Shown here one piece after another: positions 49,300-61,099 of a stretch of DNA of 64,000 nucleotides. Both the position numbers and the translations under genes were made by a program. Each line of letters starts with the position of its first letter. Within the stretch, counting starts at the first letter, position 1. This stretch comes from Armatimonadetes bacterium UBA1398 (lineage in GTDB: Bacteria; Armatimonadota; Zipacnadia; UBA1398): the NCBI GenBank assembly GCA_002305165.1, contig DBQI01000026.1, positions 5,398 to 69,397 on the forward strand, read 5' to 3'. The notes under the pieces are model-generated. The model saw nothing but the letters and a program-made list of their open reading frames with translations, was not told the DNA's origin and did no database searches.

Positions 49300-50325
49300 C
49301 TACCGCAGGAAGGTCTTGAGCGCGCCCATCAGGAGGGTCACGCCCAGTGCCGCCGGCAGTAGGCCTTTCCAGCCGAAGCTCATGAGTTGATCGTACCGCA
49401 GCCTGGGCAGAGTGCCCCTGACCCATACGAAGAAGACCATGAACGCGGCTGTCTTTATTAGGAAGTAGGCGCAACCCAGTATGAACCCCAGGACTGGGCT
49501 GCTGCTATAGAGATCCTCGACTCCGGGGCCTCCCCAGCCGCCTAGGTAGAGCGCCACCGTGAGCGCCGCGATGTTCCACATGGCGGCATACTCCGCCATG
49601 AAGAACGTCGCGAACTTCATGCTCGAGTACTCGGTGTGGTAGCCGCCCACCAGCTCCGACTCGGCCTCCGGCAGGTCGAACGGGCTCCGGTTCGTCTCCG
49701 CGTGGGCGATGATCACCATCATGACGAAGGGCAGGAGCCCCAGAGGGAAGTAGTGCATGGCGTGCCAGTTCAGTACGCCGCCCCTCTGGTTGTTCACGAT
49801 CTCAACCATATCGAGTGAGCCGGCAAGCAGCGCTGGGATCAGGGCCACGGTGGCCAGAGAAAGCTCGTAGCTGACCATCTGCGCCGCCGACCGGAGCGAT
49901 CCCATCACTGGGTACTTCGAGTTCGATGACCAGCCGCTGAGGAATAGACCATACACTTGAACGCTGGAGATGGCCAGAACCAGCAATAGCCCCACGGAGA
50001 GCCGGGTCACGTAGCCATGCGGGCCGATAGAATACGGGATGAGCAGCATCCCCATGAAGGCCGGCACCGCCATGAGGGCCGGCGCGAGCAGATAGAGCCC
50101 GCGGTCGGCACTCAGCGGCGCGATGGTCTCCTTCATCGCGAGCTTGATGGCATCGGCAAAAGGCTGGAAGAGCCCGAGAGGCCCGCAGCGGTTCGGCCCG
50201 TAGCGCTGCTGGAGTCTGGCAACCACTCGCCGTTCGGCCCAGATCATCACTGGGACGACGCCCGCGACCACGAACAGGGTGGCCACGATTACCTTCGCAA
50301 GCATGATGAGGATCTCGATCAACAC
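49300..50325 (-). CDS. nuoH: NADH-quinone oxidoreductase subunit H
   Basis: NuoH/ND1 motifs (RRVVARLQQRYGPN; the PFDLPEAESELV quinone-site loop). Confidence 0.9.
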   Translation of the reverse strand: MLIEILIMLAKVIVATLFVVAGVVPVMIWAERRVVARLQQRYGPNRCGPLGLFQPFADAIKLAMKETIAPLSADRGLYLLAPALMAVPAFMGMLLIPYSIGPHGYVTRLSVGLLLVLAISSVQVYGLFLSGWSSNSKYPVMGSLRSAAQMVSYELSLATVALIPALLAGSLDMVEIVNNQRGGVLNWHAMHYFPLGLLPFVMMVIIAHAETNRSPFDLPEAESELVGGYHTEYSSMKFATFFMAEYAAMWNIAALTVALYLGGWGGPGVEDLYSSSPVLGFILGCAYFLIKTAAFMVFFVWVRGTLPRLRYDQLMSFGWKGLLPAALGVTLLMGALKTFLR

Positions 50326-50391
50326 ATTGGCACCTTTTCGGCCAACATTCGATCAATGCTCACAATCCGTCGGGGCCCGCGTTAGATGGCC

Positions 50392-52468
50392 CTACGAGGC
50401 TATCATCTCTCCCTGCTCCCCGATGGGAGCTGCCCATGGTCGCAGCGTCTCCGCCGTCTCGGCCATAGACCGTCGGACTGCGTCTGCGGTGAGTTCGCCG
50501 TGCCACAGCCCAAGGGCCGCACACAGCCGCCCAACTACTCGCAGACCCGGCATCGTGCATTCAATAGGTTCGTTTGTGGGGATCGACTGCTGGAGTCGTC
50601 CCTCGAAGTTCACGAAGGTGAACGGCTCCTCAGCGAAAGATGCCGAGGCGAGCTTCACCGTGGCGAGCTCGGATGTGGCATTGCGGTTGGTTCCCAGGTA
50701 CACAAGGCTGGAGAGTCCGCGAACGGCCTCCACGAGTTCAGGCGAGGCGTCGCATAGGGGATCGCCGCCAACCACGATCAGAGCGTTGAGGTCTCCCGCA
50801 AGCAGAGCCTGCCGCCAGGGCCGTGTCTCACCCGAACCGCGTGCGTCTGCGCGCGGGGAGCAGCCGACGAGACGCAGCCCCCTAGAGTTGGCCCCGCCCA
50901 CCAGAATGCCAGCCTTCACGGGCATCTTCCGGTCTGCCTGGAGTGACCGGGTGAGCCTGTCCAGCGCGCTTCGCGCAGGAGCGTACTCACCTGTGGGCAA
51001 GGCCCCCACGATCAGCGCCGGCCGCTTGGCGGCACTGATGCGCTCCACCAGCCCTCGCAACCACTCGGCTGGGATGCCGGTCTCGGTGGATACCCGCGTG
51101 AGTGTGCTCGCGTCCGCGGAGGCCACCAGATCGGCCATACCGTTCAGGAACGCCACCGCCTGCCCTGGCTGGAGATCCGCATGGTCCGTCGCGAGGCGCT
51201 TGAGGTCCGGCGCCCAATCGGGAGCCCCGATGGCAACCATACTCAGTTTGCCCTCCAAGGCCCGGCGGTTCAGGCGGAGCCACAGGATCGGCTGATCCTC
51301 GAGGATGTTGGCCGAGACCAGTATCACCGGGTCGGAGTACATGAGGTCCATGATGGTCCCAGGGAAGGGCCCCGCGAGATCGAAGTCGTCCTCCACGTAG
51401 ATGCTCGAGGCCTTCAGGCCATCACTCATGAACCGTTGGAGCAGGAAGCCCGTCTCGCAGGGCGTTGCCGGGTCGACCACCGCGGCGATGCTCTCGATGT
51501 CGGCGAGGGCCGACACGGTCCGCTCGACCGCCGTCTCCCATGGCACCCGGACACCGTCCACCTCGGGCGCAACCAGACGGTCATCCTGCACCCAGGCGTA
51601 GTCATACCGACCGCGATCACAGATCCAGTTGTCGTTGACGTAGTAGTTCGTGCGAGGCTGCACGCGGCAGAGGGTTCCGAGCCGTCCCCCTAGGGTCAGG
51701 CTGCATCCCACCGCGCAGTGCGGGCACACCCCGGGGGTGTCCGCCAGTTCCCACGGGCGCGCAGAGAATCGGAAGTACTCACTGGTCAGCGCGCCGACGG
51801 GGCAGAGGTCGATCGTGTTGCCCGCGAAGCGCGCCTTCCCTATAGGCTCCTTCAGGGCGGGCTCGATGACGCTGTGCCCACCGCGTTCATGGAACTCGAA
51901 GACCTGTTCGGAGGCCCACTCCGAGAGGAAGCGAGTACAACGGTAGCAGACGATGCAGCGCTCCTGATCGAGCACGATGGAGGCGCCGATGCGCCGTGCT
52001 TTGTCCTGGTTCAGGCGAGACTCCGTGAAGAGCTGGCGACCGGGGCCGCACAGCATCGTCATTTCCTGGAGTTCGCACTCGCCGCCCTTGTCGCAGATGG
52101 GGCAGTTGAGCGGGTGATTGGCGAGGATGAACTCAATAATGTTCGCTCGCCCCTGGAGCACCTTCTCGGAATCGGTGACGATCTTCATGCCCTCGGTGCA
52201 TTCCAGGGTGCAGGAGGTTTGCAGGGTCGGCATCTCTCGGTAGACGGGCTCGCCCGTCTCGTCGTCCTTCACCGGCTCGCCTGTCGCGCGATCGATAACG
52301 GGGTTGAATGCTTGGACCAGGCATACGCGGCAGGCGCCGAGCACGGATAGCGATCCGTGGTAGCAGAAGCGGGGAATGTGGATACCGATAGAGTCGGCGG
52401 CGGGCATCACGCGGGTGCCCTTGGGGACGGTGAGCTCCTGCCCATCGATCGTCAGCTTCACCATGCTG

Positions 52469-52479
<11 letters not shown>
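50392..52479 (-). CDS. nuoG: NADH-quinone oxidoreductase subunit G (75-kDa Fe-S subunit)
   Basis: N-terminal 2Fe-2S and 4Fe-4S cysteine clusters (CYHGSLSVLGACRVC; CPICDKGGECELQ; CIVCYRCTRF) plus a molybdopterin-oxidoreductase-like domain. The start is taken as the ATG at 52479 with AAGGAG 7 nt upstream; an alternative ATG lies at 52464. Confidence 0.9.
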
Positions 52480-53812
<1,333 letters not shown>

Positions 53813-53944
53813 ACGCGTCGACCTAACTTCCATGGGTGGAGAGCAGGTGCCCGTTCCCGTGCCTCGCAGGCACATGCACCTACCGAAAACCAGAGGCACC
53901 TATTCTGCCCTGACGGGTACCGTCCTCCCCTGCTTCGAACTTCG

Positions 53945-53958
53945 GCGGGCGTGCACGC
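53945..53958. promoter_or_regulatory. Perfect 14-bp palindrome GGGCGTGCACGCCC in the nuoF/prs divergent intergenic region (candidate operator)
   Basis: Read from the sequence; it lies 11 nt upstream of the candidate prs -35 element. Confidence 0.3.
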
Positions 53959-53968
53959 CCTCAGCCGA

Positions 53969-53998
53969 GCTTGTCCGGCCCGGCGGCGCCGTGCTATC
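53969..53998 (+). promoter_or_regulatory. Candidate sigma70-type promoter for prs: -35 TTGTCC, 18-nt spacer, extended -10 TGcTATCAT
   Basis: Hexamer matches read from the sequence (4/6 and 5/6 to consensus, plus a TG extension), 26 nt upstream of the prs ATG. Confidence 0.4.
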
Positions 53999-54023
53999 AT
54001 GCGGGGCCTGGAGCGATCCCCTG

Positions 54024-54962
54024 ATGAAGCTGTTCACGGGCAACGCCAACCGTAAACTAGCCGGAGACATCGCGGACTGCCTGGGCATTCCTCTGGGCGA
54101 CGCGGATGTTCGCCGTTTCTCCGATGGCGAGTGCAGAATCACTATCAAGGAGTCGGTGAGGGGCCGCGATGTGTTCATCGTGCAGCCCACGTGCTCTCCG
54201 ACGAACGATCATCTCGTCGAGCTGCTGATTATGCTGGACGCCTGTCGGAGAGCCTCGGCGTCGCGGATCACCTGCGTTATCCCTTACTACGGTTATGGGC
54301 GGCAGGACCGCAAATGCGGGCCGCGCGAGCCGATCGCGGCGAAACTCATCGCCGATATGCTCGTAACCGCGGGGGCGTCCAGGATCCTGTCGGTCGAGCT
54401 CCACGCCGATCAAATCATGGGTTTCTTCAACATTCCGGTGGATCAGCTGAGCGTGGGAGGCTTGTTCGCCGACTATGCACGCACCCATGTGTTCACGAAC
54501 GGGGGCACCGACGCCGTCGTCGTGAGTCCCGACGTCGGCGGCGTAGCAGCGGCCCGTCAGTTCGCGGATCGTCTGGGCACCCAACTCGTGATCGTGGCGA
54601 AGCGGAGGAAGCAGGCCAACGTCTCTGAGGCGATGGAAGTCATCGGCGATGTTGAAGGCAAGCTTTGCATTTTCCGCGACGATATGATAGATACCGGTGG
54701 TTCGATGGTCGAGGGAGCGTCCGCGCTCATGAAGCGTGGCGCTGGGCGCGTCATGGCCTTCGGCACCCATGCGGTGCTCTCTGGCCACGCGTCCAAGCGC
54801 CTGGCAGCCTCGTCTTTCGAGAAAGTGGTTGTCTCGGATACCATTCCGGTGCCGGCAGAGAAGCGCTTCCCGCAGCTTGACGTGCTGTCGGTAGCGCCTC
54901 TCTTGGCGTCGGGGATCCGATGCATCCACGAGGGCCGCTCCGTGAGTGGCCTCATACGCTAG
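54024..54962 (+). CDS. prs: Ribose-phosphate pyrophosphokinase
   Basis: The start is the internal ATG at 54024 (MKLFTGNANRKLA...). PRPP-binding motif (DMIDTGGSM). The ORF track extends upstream to 53832. Confidence 0.9.
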   Translation: MKLFTGNANRKLAGDIADCLGIPLGDADVRRFSDGECRITIKESVRGRDVFIVQPTCSPTNDHLVELLIMLDACRRASASRITCVIPYYGYGRQDRKCGPREPIAAKLIADMLVTAGASRILSVELHADQIMGFFNIPVDQLSVGGLFADYARTHVFTNGGTDAVVVSPDVGGVAAARQFADRLGTQLVIVAKRRKQANVSEAMEVIGDVEGKLCIFRDDMIDTGGSMVEGASALMKRGAGRVMAFGTHAVLSGHASKRLAASSFEKVVVSDTIPVPAEKRFPQLDVLSVAPLLASGIRCIHEGRSVSGLIR

Positions 54963-55012
54963 CGAGCAACCGAGGAAAACGGCGGCCGAATGCCGCGGAG
55001 GTCGAGGCTGAC

Positions 55013-55672
55013 ATGGCGAGACTGGAGCTGGAAGCGAAGGTACGGGACGAGTCTGAGCTGGGGAGCGGCCCGGCGGGCAGAATGCGCAAGGCTGGGGAGT
55101 TGCCGGCTATCGTCTACGGGCTTCACCGCGACTCGGTGGCCGTCAAGGTGGGGGAGCGTGACTTCGACGGTCTGCAGCGGCAGATGCGCGGAACCGCCGT
55201 GATCTACCTCCAGGTGGGCGGCATCGAGGAGCCGGTGCTGCTGAAGGAGATTCACAGGCATCCTATCAGCTTACAGCCCTACAACATCGACTTTCTCCGC
55301 GTTGACATGACGAAGCCGATTCAGGTTTCCGTCCAAGTTGTCATCACGGCTCGGCCCGCCGAGTTAGGGCCCGAAGAGGCCTTCACGCAGCCGACGGTCG
55401 AGGTGCAGGTAGAGAGTATGCCGGGGGACATTCCCCCCGTGATCGAGGTAGACGCAAGCGGGGTAACCTACGAGAAGTCCCTGTACGTGTCCGACTTGGA
55501 GGTCCCGAAAGGCGTCACGATCCTGACCGATCCAGAGACAGCGGTTGCCACGGTCGTTCGGGCCGCCCAGGTGCTCGTCGAAGAGCCCTCCGAGGAGGAG
55601 GCTGAGGGTGAGGGTCTTGGCGAGGTGGGCGAGGAGACCGAAGGCGGCGAGGCGCAGGAGGAGAGCGAGTAG
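55013..55672 (+). CDS. rplY: 50S ribosomal protein L25 / general stress protein Ctc, with acidic C-terminal tail
   Basis: The start is the internal ATG at 55013 (MARLELEAKVRDESELGSGPAGRMRKAGELPAIVYG...). L25/Ctc two-domain fold. E-rich tail. Confidence 0.85.
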   Translation: MARLELEAKVRDESELGSGPAGRMRKAGELPAIVYGLHRDSVAVKVGERDFDGLQRQMRGTAVIYLQVGGIEEPVLLKEIHRHPISLQPYNIDFLRVDMTKPIQVSVQVVITARPAELGPEEAFTQPTVEVQVESMPGDIPPVIEVDASGVTYEKSLYVSDLEVPKGVTILTDPETAVATVVRAAQVLVEEPSEEEAEGEGLGEVGEETEGGEAQEESE

Positions 55673-55772
55673 TAGCCCCAGCCACAGGGCGTGGCCTCAG
55701 GGTGGAGTTGCTTCCCTGAGGCCACCCACCAGTCCCGCCCATACCCATGAACCTCCGGAGGGGTGATTGGAC

Positions 55773-56240
55773 ATGTCCGGGCGGTCCCACACCCCGACCA
55801 TCCAGAACCGTCGCGCACGTCACGAGTACCACATTGACGACACCATCGAAGCGGGCCTGGTGCTACGCGGGTGTGAAGTCAAGTCAATACGCGCAGGCAA
55901 TGCTAGCCTCTCTGAGGCCTACGCGAAGATCGACGCGGGCGAGGTCTGGCTCGTGGGGATGTACGTGCAACCCTACCCTCAGGCAGGGGACAGCAACCCG
56001 GCCCCCACCCGCGACCGCAAGCTCCTGGTGAAGCGATCCGAGATCCGACGACTGCGCAGGGCCACGGAGCAGCGCGGGTACACCCTCGTCCCCCTGAAGC
56101 TCTACTTCCGCCGCGGACTAGCTAAGGTCGAGGTCGGGTTGTGCCGAGGGAAACGGCTACACGACAAGCGTGACGCCATCCGGGAGCGAGACCTGGACCG
56201 CCAGGCCCAGAGGGATCTAGTTGGGCGCGGCGACCAGTGA
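55773..56240 (+). CDS. smpB: SsrA-binding protein SmpB
   Basis: Conserved IQNRRARHEY...EAGLVLRGCEVKSIR...KLYFRRGLAKVEVGLCRGKRLHDKR. ATG at 55773 with GGAGGGG 9 nt upstream; the ORF track begins at a TTG at 55767. No tmRNA gene is detectable in the adjacent 278-bp spacer. Confidence 0.9.
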   Translation: MSGRSHTPTIQNRRARHEYHIDDTIEAGLVLRGCEVKSIRAGNASLSEAYAKIDAGEVWLVGMYVQPYPQAGDSNPAPTRDRKLLVKRSEIRRLRRATEQRGYTLVPLKLYFRRGLAKVEVGLCRGKRLHDKRDAIRERDLDRQAQRDLVGRGDQ

Positions 56241-56389
56241 CCCCGGCGGATGGCGGATAAGCCTCGGCGGCCAGCCAGCCCCTCTGACACTTGCTCCCTA
56301 CACTGGTGACGAGGCCCTACCGGCGGTTTGGACCTGCCAGCCGTCTCGGCGCCGGATGCGCGCCCGCCGCAGAGCGCGACTCACGCTGC

Positions 56390-56418
56390 TTGCCGCCGAC
56401 CGGCGGATAGTGTACAAA
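56390..56418 (+). promoter_or_regulatory. Candidate pstS promoter (-35 TTGCCG, 17-nt spacer, -10 TACAAA) followed by two GC-rich stem-loops (56435-56450 GCGCCC-ctgt-GGGCGC; 56472-56489 GCCGCC-cccaca-GGCGGC) in the 5' leader
   Basis: Hexamer and inverted-repeat matches read from the sequence; weak. Confidence 0.25.
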
Positions 56419-56517
56419 TGCATATCCCGGTGGATGCGCCCCTGTGGGCGCGTACCACGCTAACGCGCCCCGCCGCCCCCACAGGCGGCAACGCGGCAAT
56501 CCGTTAGGAGAAGGCGG

Positions 56518-57618
56518 ATGGCAATGAAGCACAGCGGGTCGTTTGTGTTGTGTACGACAGTGGTCCTCCTGGGTCTTGCGCTGGCACTCACGGTAGGCTG
56601 CTCGTCCAAGTCGGGCGACGGCGGCGGCGCGAACCTCCCCACATCTGCGGCGGGCGGCGGAGAGACGTCGGCAGCGGGCGCGGGAGGGGCCGTCAGTGGC
56701 GAGGTGCGCGTAGACGGTTCCAGCACCGTGTTCCCCATCACCGAGGCGGTCGCGGAGGAGTTCGGCATCGAGCACCCCGAAGTCCATGTGGCTGTGGCGT
56801 TCTCGGGCACTGGCGGGGGCATGAAGAAGCTCATCGCGAAGGAGATAGGGCTGGCCGGAGCCTCGCGCCCCATCAAGGCCGAGGAACTGGAGGCGACCAA
56901 GGCGGCTGGCGTGGAGTTCATCGAGTTGCCCGTGGCCTATGACGCACTCGCTGTTGTGGTTCATCCGGAGAACACATGGGCTGAGTCCCTAACCATCGAC
57001 GAACTGCGTATCGCATGGGAACCCGGAGCTCAGAATGTCGTGAAGAGCTGGTCGCAGATCCGCCCCGGCTTCCCCGATGAGCCCCTGGGCCTCTACGGTC
57101 CCGGCGTCGATTCGGGAACCTACGACTACTTCACGGAGGCAGTCTGCGGCGAGGAGGGCGCTAGCAGAGGCGACTTCCAGGCCAGCGAGGATGACAACGT
57201 GCTGGTTCAAGGCGTATCGAACGATCCCGCCGCTCTAGGGTTCTTCGGAATGGCCTACCTGACCCAGAATGAGGGCCTGGTCAAAGCGGTAGCCATAGAC
57301 GACGGCAACCCAGACAACGGCGACGGTCCACAAGCGCCCACCAAGGACAACGTGATCAATGGCGTGTACCGGCCGCTGTCACGTCCCCTGTTCATCTACG
57401 TGAACGTGGAAGCGGCGGCCGATCCGGCCGTGGACGCTTTCGTCCGCTTCTACCTCGACAACGCGGCGGAACTGGCGACGGAGGTCGGCTACGTGCCCCT
57501 TCCTGACAGTGTGTACGATCTCGTCAGGGCCCGCTATGCTGACAGAGTCGTCGGTTCCATGTTCGAGGGGCGGGGCTCCGTCACGGATGCCTCCCTCGAG
57601 GAGATGCTGGGCCAGTAG
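56518..57618 (+). CDS. pstS: Phosphate ABC transporter substrate-binding lipoprotein PstS
   Basis: Lipobox LTVGC. PstS/PBP-like motifs (DGSSTVFPI; GTGGG). Strong RBS AGGAGAAGG. Confidence 0.85.
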   Translation: MAMKHSGSFVLCTTVVLLGLALALTVGCSSKSGDGGGANLPTSAAGGGETSAAGAGGAVSGEVRVDGSSTVFPITEAVAEEFGIEHPEVHVAVAFSGTGGGMKKLIAKEIGLAGASRPIKAEELEATKAAGVEFIELPVAYDALAVVVHPENTWAESLTIDELRIAWEPGAQNVVKSWSQIRPGFPDEPLGLYGPGVDSGTYDYFTEAVCGEEGASRGDFQASEDDNVLVQGVSNDPAALGFFGMAYLTQNEGLVKAVAIDDGNPDNGDGPQAPTKDNVINGVYRPLSRPLFIYVNVEAAADPAVDAFVRFYLDNAAELATEVGYVPLPDSVYDLVRARYADRVVGSMFEGRGSVTDASLEEMLGQ

Positions 57619-58535
57619 TGGACCAACCCATTGAGAAGCGACGGGCGGGGCGCACCCTCCGAGGCGTCTTCGAGTGGCTGATCGAGCGTGGTCTCCAGGT
57701 GTGCGCCCTGCTCTCCGTCGCGACAACCATTGGCATCATTCTGGCGCTGCTGTTGCAGAGCGTTCCGTTCTTCCGCGAGGTATCGGTCAAGGACTTCCTC
57801 ACGGACAGGGAGTGGACGCCGCTCTTCGCCCAGAAGCACTTCGGCATCCTGCCCCTGGTCGCGGGCACGATGCTCGTCACGGCCATCGCCATGGCCGTGG
57901 CGTTGCCTGCGGGACTGATGATCGCGGTATACCTCAGCGAGTTCGCTCGACCACGCATTCGGCGGATGGTGAAGCCCGTTCTCGAGGTCCTGGCCGGGGT
58001 CCCCACCGTTGTCTACGGGTACTTCGCGCTCAGCTTCGTGACGCCGGCCCTGCAGACGTTTATCCCTGGCCTCAAGGGCTTCAACGCCCTCGGGGCCGGA
58101 CTCGTCATGGGGGTGATGGTGCTGCCGCTCGTCGCCTCACTGTCGGAGGATGCGCTGTACGCCGTGCCGCAGAGGTTGCGAGAGGCCTCCTACGCCCTGG
58201 GCTCGACGCGTCTGCAGATGGTGTTCAGGACCCTGATCCCCGCCGCGCTTTCAGGGATCGCCGCTTCCTTCATCCTCGGGGTATCCCGAGCGGTTGGCGA
58301 GACGATGATCGTCGCGATTGCGGCGGGGTCACAACCCACGCTGTCTCTGGACCCGCGAGTCCCCATACAGACCATGACCGGCTACATCGTGCAGATCAGC
58401 ATGGGGGACACCCCCCATGGCACCTTGGAGTACCACACGATCTTCGCTGTCGGACTGACGCTGTTCATCATGACTTTCACGCTGAACTGGGTGAGCATGG
58501 CGCTGCGGAACCGATATGAAAGGGCCTACCGATGA
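57618..58535 (+). CDS. pstC: Phosphate ABC transporter permease PstC
   Basis: GTG start overlapping the pstS stop (TAGTG). EAA-loop permease with PstC motifs. Confidence 0.9.
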   Translation: MDQPIEKRRAGRTLRGVFEWLIERGLQVCALLSVATTIGIILALLLQSVPFFREVSVKDFLTDREWTPLFAQKHFGILPLVAGTMLVTAIAMAVALPAGLMIAVYLSEFARPRIRRMVKPVLEVLAGVPTVVYGYFALSFVTPALQTFIPGLKGFNALGAGLVMGVMVLPLVASLSEDALYAVPQRLREASYALGSTRLQMVFRTLIPAALSGIAASFILGVSRAVGETMIVAIAAGSQPTLSLDPRVPIQTMTGYIVQISMGDTPHGTLEYHTIFAVGLTLFIMTFTLNWVSMALRNRYERAYR

Positions 58536-59461
58536 GTGAACCGTCGATAGGGCCGCAGGTCGGCGCCCCGCCGGCCACGGATATTCAGGGCAACGCGCGA
58601 GGCCGCGGATGGATCAAGGAACTGGGCTTCGAGGCCATCGCTCTCGCGACGGTCTGTGCGGCACTGCTGATGCTCGGCGTGCTGCTCGTGGACATCGTGC
58701 TCGACGGCTGGCCACGGCTCGGCATGGACTTCCTGAAGAGCCTACCGTCACGGAAGGCCGAGCAGGCTGGCATCTGGCCCGCCTTCGTGGGAAGCCTCTA
58801 CTTGATGGTTATCACAGCCTGTGTGAGCTTCCCCCTAGGGGTAGCGGCCGCGATCTATCTGGAGGAGTACGCTCCTCGTGGATGGCTTTCACGCTTCATC
58901 GAGCTGAACATCTCGAATCTCGCGGGCGTGCCGTCCATCGTCTACGGCCTCCTCGGCCTGGCTGTGTTCGTGCGAGCCTTCCAACTGGAGCGAAGCCTGA
59001 TCGCAGGCGGCCTGACTCTGTCCCTGCTGGTGTTGCCCGTTGTCATCATGTCGAGCAGAGAAGCGTTGAGGGCCGTGCCGCCGTACGTCCGCGATGCGTC
59101 CCTGGCGCTGGGTGCTACGAAGTGGCAGACGGTGCGTCGTCAGGTGCTGCCCCTCAGCCTTCCTGGGATCATGACCGGCACGATACTCGCCCTGAGCCGC
59201 GCCATCGGCGAGACGGCGCCCATCGTGATGATCGGCGCCTTTGGGTATATCAGCACTGTCCCCACTGGCCTCAAGTCGCCCTTCACGGCCCTGCCGATCC
59301 AGATCTACAACTGGGTCTCGAGACCCCATCGAGCGGCTGATACCGGCATCACCTTCCAGACAAACGCGGCGGCGGGCATTCTCGTGCTCCTCGCCATGCT
59401 CCTCACCCTGAACGCTGTAGCCATCTGGCTGAGGAACCGAGCCCAGAGGAGACTGAAGTGA
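58532..59461 (+). CDS. pstA: Phosphate ABC transporter permease PstA
   Basis: 4-nt overlap with pstC; PstA-type permease motifs. Confidence 0.9.
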   Translation: MSEPSIGPQVGAPPATDIQGNARGRGWIKELGFEAIALATVCAALLMLGVLLVDIVLDGWPRLGMDFLKSLPSRKAEQAGIWPAFVGSLYLMVITACVSFPLGVAAAIYLEEYAPRGWLSRFIELNISNLAGVPSIVYGLLGLAVFVRAFQLERSLIAGGLTLSLLVLPVVIMSSREALRAVPPYVRDASLALGATKWQTVRRQVLPLSLPGIMTGTILALSRAIGETAPIVMIGAFGYISTVPTGLKSPFTALPIQIYNWVSRPHRAADTGITFQTNAAAGILVLLAMLLTLNAVAIWLRNRAQRRLK

Positions 59462-60321
59462 CCGCACCATACCAAGAGCCCATAGCGGACTACCTGAGCG
59501 CCACGACCCAGCGTCCCGTGGACGATGGCCTCAATGGCGCTGGCGCCGAGGTGGCTGGCCCACCTACGGGGTGTAGGGTCCGCAGTGAGGACCTACACGT
59601 CTACTACGGCCCCGTTCACGCCCTGAAGGGCGTCACGATGGCGATCCCAGACAGGGACATCACCGCCCTGATCGGGCCGTCCGGCTGCGGCAAGTCGACC
59701 TTCTTGCGCTGCTTCAACCGGATGAATGATGTGATCCCCGATGTACGCGTCGAGGGGCGAGCGCTGCTCGGGGAGACGGACATCAACGGCCCCCGGATCG
59801 ATGTAGTGGCGCTGCGGAAGCGCGTGGGGATGGTCTTCCAGCAGCCGAACCCCTTCCCGATGTCCATCTATGACAACGTGGCCTACGGCCCTCGGATACA
59901 TGGCATCAGGAGGCGATCACGGCTCAACGAGATCGTGGAGGTCTCCCTACGCCGCGCGGCGCTGTGGGAGGAGGTCAAGGACAAGCTCCGAAAGTCAGCA
60001 TTCGACCTCTCGGGAGGGCAGCAGCAGCGCCTGTGCATTGCGCGGACACTCGCGGTCAAGCCGGAGGTCATCCTGATGGATGAGCCGTGTTCAGCGCTGG
60101 ATCCGCAGTCGACCTTCCGCATCGAGGACCTGATGGGCGAGTTGAAGGAGAGCTACACGGTCATCATCGTCACGCACAACATGCAGCAGGCCGCCCGAGT
60201 CTCCAGCATGACGGGGTTCTTCCTAATGGGCGAGCTGGTCGAGTTCGATGCGACTCGAAAGGTGTTCCAGAGCCCCGCGGACGAGCGCACAGAGAAGTAC
60301 GTGAGCGGCCGATTCGGCTAG
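59458..60321 (+). CDS. pstB: Phosphate import ATP-binding protein PstB
   Basis: Walker [10 protein letters not shown], signature LSGGQQQRL, Walker B ILMDEP. Confidence 0.9.
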   Translation: MTAPYQEPIADYLSATTQRPVDDGLNGAGAEVAGPPTGCRVRSEDLHVYYGPVHALKGVTMAIPDRDITALIGPSGCGKSTFLRCFNRMNDVIPDVRVEGRALLGETDINGPRIDVVALRKRVGMVFQQPNPFPMSIYDNVAYGPRIHGIRRRSRLNEIVEVSLRRAALWEEVKDKLRKSAFDLSGGQQQRLCIARTLAVKPEVILMDEPCSALDPQSTFRIEDLMGELKESYTVIIVTHNMQQAARVSSMTGFFLMGELVEFDATRKVFQSPADERTEKYVSGRFG

Positions 60322-60328
60322 AGGGCGG

Positions 60329-61006
60329 GTGAGGTCAATGGCTGCCAACAGCAGATCCCTCTTCAGCGCCGACCTGGCGCAACTCAAAGTGACCCTGCGG
60401 CAACTCGGTGAATGCGCGATCGAGATGCTCGAAGGGGCAACGGAGGCGCTCGTCAATCAGGACTACGACCTTGCGGAGCAGGTTCGCAAGCGGGATAACC
60501 TAGCCGACGCCCTCGACGAGAAGGTGGACGAGGACTGCGTTACGCTGCTCGCGCTCCAGGCGCCAGTCGCAAGAGACCTCCGCATCATTATGGGGTCAGC
60601 ACGCATCGCGACGGATCTCGAACGAATCGCCGACTACGCCAAAGACATCGCCAAGGTCGCTCGCAAGCTCAGCAGCGAGGACTACTTCTGGCCCCTCGAG
60701 GACATTCCGTCCATGGCCCACAGCTGTGCCGCCATGGGTCGGATGTCCTTGGCCGCTCTCGATGACGTGGATGAGGACATGGCGCGCAAGTGCGCGGGCA
60801 TGGATCACGAGGTCGATGCGCGATGGAAACTGGTGCGCGAGCAACTGATTCAGCACATGGAAGCGGACCCCAGCAGGGTACGCCAGGCCGCTCAGCTTCT
60901 GCTCGTCGCGCGCTACTTGGAGCGCATCGGTGATCATATCGTGAACGTCGCCGAGCGCGTCCACTACATGGCGACTGGTGAACTCCGTCGGCTCGACGTC
61001 GAGTGA
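60329..61006 (+). CDS. phoU: Phosphate signalling complex protein PhoU
   Basis: Two PhoU repeats (DxxxD motifs: ...ARIATDLERIADYA...; ...RYLERIGDHIVNVAE). The start may be the ATG at 60338. Confidence 0.85.
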   Translation: MRSMAANSRSLFSADLAQLKVTLRQLGECAIEMLEGATEALVNQDYDLAEQVRKRDNLADALDEKVDEDCVTLLALQAPVARDLRIIMGSARIATDLERIADYAKDIAKVARKLSSEDYFWPLEDIPSMAHSCAAMGRMSLAALDDVDEDMARKCAGMDHEVDARWKLVREQLIQHMEADPSRVRQAAQLLLVARYLERIGDHIVNVAERVHYMATGELRRLDVE

Positions 61007-61099
61007 CTCGAGGGCGGCATCGGGCGCCCCCACCCCTGCAGGACGGGCCACCGAACGCGCGAAACCATGGGCAGACCAAGCAGCCCATGGAGGTTGACT

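Noticed and set aside
50279-51295. 338-aa + strand ORF inside nuoG
   Set aside because: Antisense to the conserved NuoG molybdopterin-like domain; Ser/Arg/Ala-rich.
54057-54929. 290-aa minus-strand ORF opposite prs
   Set aside because: Antisense shadow of a highly conserved housekeeping gene.
56241-56517. Possible tmRNA (ssrA) gene next to smpB
   Set aside because: No tRNA-like acceptor/T-arm sequences, no resume-codon/tag-peptide ORF, no CCA 3' end.
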